From an uncultured Actinomycetota bacterium (GTDB taxonomy: Bacteria; Actinomycetota; Actinomycetes; JACCUZ01), in assembly GCA_963728425.1 (NCBI GenBank), contig CAVSKC010000014.1, positions 167,389-231,388 of the forward strand: 64,000 nt of DNA. Reading direction: 5' to 3'. A program made the position numbers and the translations under genes. Below the pieces are notes generated by a model, which was given only the letters and a program-made list of their open reading frames with translations, was not told the origin of the DNA and searched no databases. Shown in pieces: positions 60,742-64,000 of the stretch. Position 1 is the stretch's first letter. Every line of letters begins with the position of its first letter.

Positions 60742-62589
60742 TCAGAGGACGTCGACGTCGGCGTGGGTTGCGCCGCCGGACAGCCGGGCGTACCCGGGAC
60801 CGCGGTCGAAGAACGGCTCCGCCCCGGTACGCCGGTCGCGCACCGCCGCCCGCAGCTGGTCGGTGGCGGTCGAGTCGACGGTGGCCAGCGTGCCGTCGAA
60901 GGCGAGCACCACCGCGTAGTCACGGCGGGCTCCCTCGACGCTCACCTTCCCCCACTCGACGTCCTGGACGACCTCGGCGACCGGACGGTCCAGCGGGTCG
61001 CTCCAGCCGCCGCCACCCGTCGTACGGATCCTGATCACCTCACCGGCCTGCACCGGTTCCGCGTCGGCCAGGGCGTCGACCTCCCGCTCCCGTGGCCCAC
61101 CCGGGTCGACGGTCACCTGGAAGGACGCGCCGGCCCGACCGCCCTTGACCCCCCAGCAGGCGAGGATCGACCGGTCCGCTATCGACATGAAGTGCGCGTC
61201 GCGCAGCATCCGGACGTGCTTCTCGTAACCCAGCCCGCCCCGGTAGCGGCCCGCGCCGCCGGAGTCGACCGCCAGCCCCAGCCGCTCGACGAGGAACGGG
61301 AACCGTGACTCGGTGAACTCGGTCGGCAGGTTGCGCGAGTCGGGGACCACGTGAATGGTGTCCTCGCCGTCGGCGTAGTACCGCCCGCCTGAGCCGCCAC
61401 CGAGCACCTCACGCATCAGGTAGGGCTCGCCGTCGCGGTCGGTGCCGTAGACGCCGGTGTAGCGGATCGTCTCCTGGTCGGCGGGCATCCGGCCGTCGAC
61501 GGCCTTCGCCAGCACCCCGGCCAGGACGCCGAGCAGCCGCAGGATGACGAAGGTGCGGGCGTTCGTCGGCGCCGGGAAGATCGGTGTCAGCAGCGTGCCC
61601 GGCGGCGGGAACCGCATCTCGATCAGCGGCACGATGCCCTCGTTCACGTCCAGCTCGGCCATCCGTTCGGGGGTGTCGGCCAGGTTGCGCAGGATCGGCG
61701 CGAGCCACTTCTTGAGGAAGTTGCCGTCGGCGTAGTCGCCGCAGTGGTTGATCGGCCCGCGGGCCTGCGGCGAGGTGCCGGTGAAGTCGAGCACCAGCGG
61801 CACGTCGCGGGTCGAGTCCATCGTCAGCGTGATCCGCTGGGTGTGCAGCCGCGGCTCGTCCACGCCGTCGTGCTCCGCGTAGTCCTCCCACACGTAGGTG
61901 CCGTCCGGGATCTTCGCCAGGATCTCCCGCCGGTACGTGTCGGTGGTCTTGTCGATCAGCGCGTCGAAGCAGGCCTCGACCGTCTCCCGGCCGTAGCGGG
62001 TGAACAGCTCGCCGAGCCGGCGCGCGCCCATCAGGCAGGCCGAGCACTCGGCGTCCAGGTCGGCCGCCAGCGAGTCCGGCATCCGCGAGTTGCGGGTCAT
62101 GATCCGCAGCGCCGCCGCGTTGGGCACGCCCTGGTCCCACAGCCTGATCGGCGGGACCATCAGGCCCTCCTCGAACACCGAGGTCGCCGACGACGGCATC
62201 GAGCCGGGCACCGCTCCCCCGATGTCGTCGTGGTGCCCGAACGCCTGAACAAAGGCGACCACCTCGTCCTCGACGAAGACCGGCACCGTGACGCACAGGT
62301 CCGGCAGGTGCCCGATGCCGCCCTCGGACAGGTAGACGTCGTTGTGGAAGAACACGTCGCCCGGGCGCATCGTGTCGAGCGGGAAGTCGCGCGCCACCGG
62401 GTGCACCAGCGCGGAGTACGACCGGCCGGTCAGCTTGCGCAGCCTGCGGTCGTGGATGCCGGCCCGGAAGTCGTGCGCGTCGCGGATCATCGGCGACCGC
62501 GCGGTCCGCCCGATCGCGGTCTCGACCTCCTTCTCGATCGCGGCCAGCGACCCCTCGACGATCTCCAGCACCACCGGGTCGACGGTCAT
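60742..62589 (-). CDS. hyuB: hydantoinase B / 5-oxoprolinase family protein (HyuB)
   Basis: The internal ATG (MTVDPVVLEIV) of ORF 60742..62817 gives 615 aa with SPMIRDAHDF, NDVYLSEGGIGHLPD, HHDDIGG and GGGSGGR. The ATG overlaps the hyuA stop (ATGA). Confidence 0.9.
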   Translation of the reverse strand: MTVDPVVLEIVEGSLAAIEKEVETAIGRTARSPMIRDAHDFRAGIHDRRLRKLTGRSYSALVHPVARDFPLDTMRPGDVFFHNDVYLSEGGIGHLPDLCVTVPVFVEDEVVAFVQAFGHHDDIGGAVPGSMPSSATSVFEEGLMVPPIRLWDQGVPNAAALRIMTRNSRMPDSLAADLDAECSACLMGARRLGELFTRYGRETVEACFDALIDKTTDTYRREILAKIPDGTYVWEDYAEHDGVDEPRLHTQRITLTMDSTRDVPLVLDFTGTSPQARGPINHCGDYADGNFLKKWLAPILRNLADTPERMAELDVNEGIVPLIEMRFPPPGTLLTPIFPAPTNARTFVILRLLGVLAGVLAKAVDGRMPADQETIRYTGVYGTDRDGEPYLMREVLGGGSGGRYYADGEDTIHVVPDSRNLPTEFTESRFPFLVERLGLAVDSGGAGRYRGGLGYEKHVRMLRDAHFMSIADRSILACWGVKGGRAGASFQVTVDPGGPREREVDALADAEPVQAGEVIRIRTTGGGGWSDPLDRPVAEVVQDVEWGKVSVEGARRDYAVVLAFDGTLATVDSTATDQLRAAVRDRRTGAEPFFDRGPGYARLSGGATHADVDVL

Positions 62590-64000
62590 GACGCCTTCCT
62601 CACCACGAGGTTGCCGAAGCGGTCGACGGTCGCCGTGAACCCGGGGTGCAGCGGTACGGTGGAGCCGAACTCCTCGACGATCGCCGGCCCGACGACCAGG
62701 TCGCCCGGTGCGAGGTCCGGGCGCCAGTAGACCGGCGTGTCCACCCAGTCGTCGAAGAACACGGGCCGTACGCCGGTTTGCGCCCGGTCCGGTCCCCCCT
62801 CGCGGGGGGCGAGCCACGCAGCCGCGGCCGGTCGATCGGCCCGACGCCGGTGACCCGCAGGTTCACCCACTCCACCGGCTGCCGGGGGTCGCCGCGGAAC
62901 GCGTAGCCGTAGAGCTGCTCGTGCGCGTCGTGGAAGCTGTCGGCGACCTTCTCGGCCAGCGCGTCGTCGACCGCGCCGTCCGGGACGGGGACACGCACCT
63001 CGAAGGCCTGCCCGACGTAGCGCAGGTCCGCGCTGCGCAGGTAGCGGTGCTCGGACCGGGCGAAGCCTTCGCGGTCCAGCGCCGCCGCGGCCTGGCCCTG
63101 CAGGTCGTCGAGCACCCCGGCCACCAGGTCGTGGTCGAGGTCGGCGTGCCGGCTGACCGCCGTACGGACGTAGTCGTTGCGCACGTCGACCGTGAGCAGC
63201 CCGAACGCGGACAGGTTGCCCGGGTCGCGCGGCACCAGGACGCCGGCGAGCCCGAGCACGTCGAGCAGCCGGCACAGCAGCAGCGACCCGGACCCGCCGA
63301 ACGTCGCCATGGTGAAGTCGCGGACGTCGAGACCGCGCTTGACGGTCACCTCGCGCAACGCGTTGGCCTGGTTCCAGGCCGAGATCTCCAGGATCCCGGC
63401 TGCAGCCTGCTCCACCGGGAGCCCGAGCCGGGAGCCCAGCGCCTCGAGCCCGGCCCGGGCGGCTGCCACGTCGAGCGGGATCTCGCCGCCCAGCAGGTGC
63501 GGCGGGATGCGGCCGAGCAGCACGTGCGCGTCGGTGACCGTCGGCTCGGCGCCGCCGCGGCCGTAGCAGAGCGGCCCGGGGTCGGCACCGGCCGACCGTG
63601 GCCCGACCTTCAGCGACCCCTCGGGCGTCACCCAGGCCACCGACCCGCCGCCGGCACCCACGGTCACGACGTCGATCATCGGGATCTTGCTCGGGTAGCT
63701 GCCGACGGTGCCCTCGGTGGTCAGCGTCGGCTCGCCGCCGAGCACCACCGAGACGTCGGTGGAGGTGCCGCCGCCGTCGCAGGTCAACAACCGGTCGAAG
63801 CCGGCCTCGCGGGCGACCAGCGCGGCGCCCAGCGCACCGGCCGCGGGGCCGGACAGCACGGTGGTGATCGGCTGGTGCACGACCTCCTCGGCCGACAGCA
63901 CGCCGCCGTTGGACTTCATCACGTAGAACGGCACCCGGTCGTCCCCGGGCTGGGCCAGGTCCCGCAGCCGGCCGGCGATGTTCGCGACGTAGGACGCCAT
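62586..64000 (-). pseudogene. hyuA: hydantoinase A / 5-oxoprolinase family protein (HyuA); N-terminus beyond the window, one frame break near the 3' end
   Basis: ORF 62600..64000 has TVLSGPAAG, CDGGGTSTDV and VGAGGGS. The last ~70 aa (VFFDDWVDTPVYWRPDL..AIVEEFGSTV) are in the frame of ORF 62586..63275. The frame switches at about ~62790-62830, in a C6/G6 homopolymer region. Confidence 0.9.

Overview
This is a very high-GC (by eye >70% G+C) actinobacterial chromosomal segment, densely coding on both strands. I found no rRNA, tRNA, CRISPR array, transposase or integrase. Gene order, left to right: serB and sixA; a cyanophycin operon (cyanophycinase, cphA, a YdeN-type serine hydrolase) followed by a hydrolase-LuxR regulator and a methyltransferase; a convergent fabG-inhA operon ending in an unusual CphA-like ligase; qor; tldD-pmbA; dodecin; moaA; SURF1; a GH15 hydrolase; an LD-carboxypeptidase; an SDR; an APH-type kinase; ABC exporters; acyl-CoA dehydrogenase and enoyl-CoA hydratase; an ABC-F ATPase; YpfJ; the full actinobacterial suf operon (sufR-B-D-Rieske-C-S-U-T); an ABC-2 exporter; ctaA; a two-component system; ctaB; tkt-tal-pgi-zwf-opcA-pgl; several secreted or regulatory proteins; and hyuB-hyuA, which is cut by the window end. 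The suf / ctaA / ctaB / tkt-tal-zwf-opcA-pgl order matches the conserved core block known from M. tuberculosis (Rv1445c-Rv1466). This is core chromosome, not an obvious accessory island. Major caveat: about 45-50 single-nucleotide frame breaks interrupt otherwise well-conserved genes. They cluster in three patches of ~3 kb and hit essential genes (tkt, sufS, sufD, ctaB). I read this as assembly or sequencing indel noise rather than biology, but it must be checked. The best candidate for something undescribed is the cyanophycin neighbourhood. A canonical cphA operon carries a translationally coupled YdeN/RBBP9-type hydrolase. Three kb away sits a stand-alone paralogue with the CphA N-domain and Mur-ligase M-domain but no ATP-grasp G-domain, and it is the third gene of the fabG-inhA operon. 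A second notable non-coding element is a perfect 19-bp inverted repeat plus an ACGT-core repeat array upstream of a small HTH gene. All calls come from reading the translated ORFs and the sequence; no database search was run.
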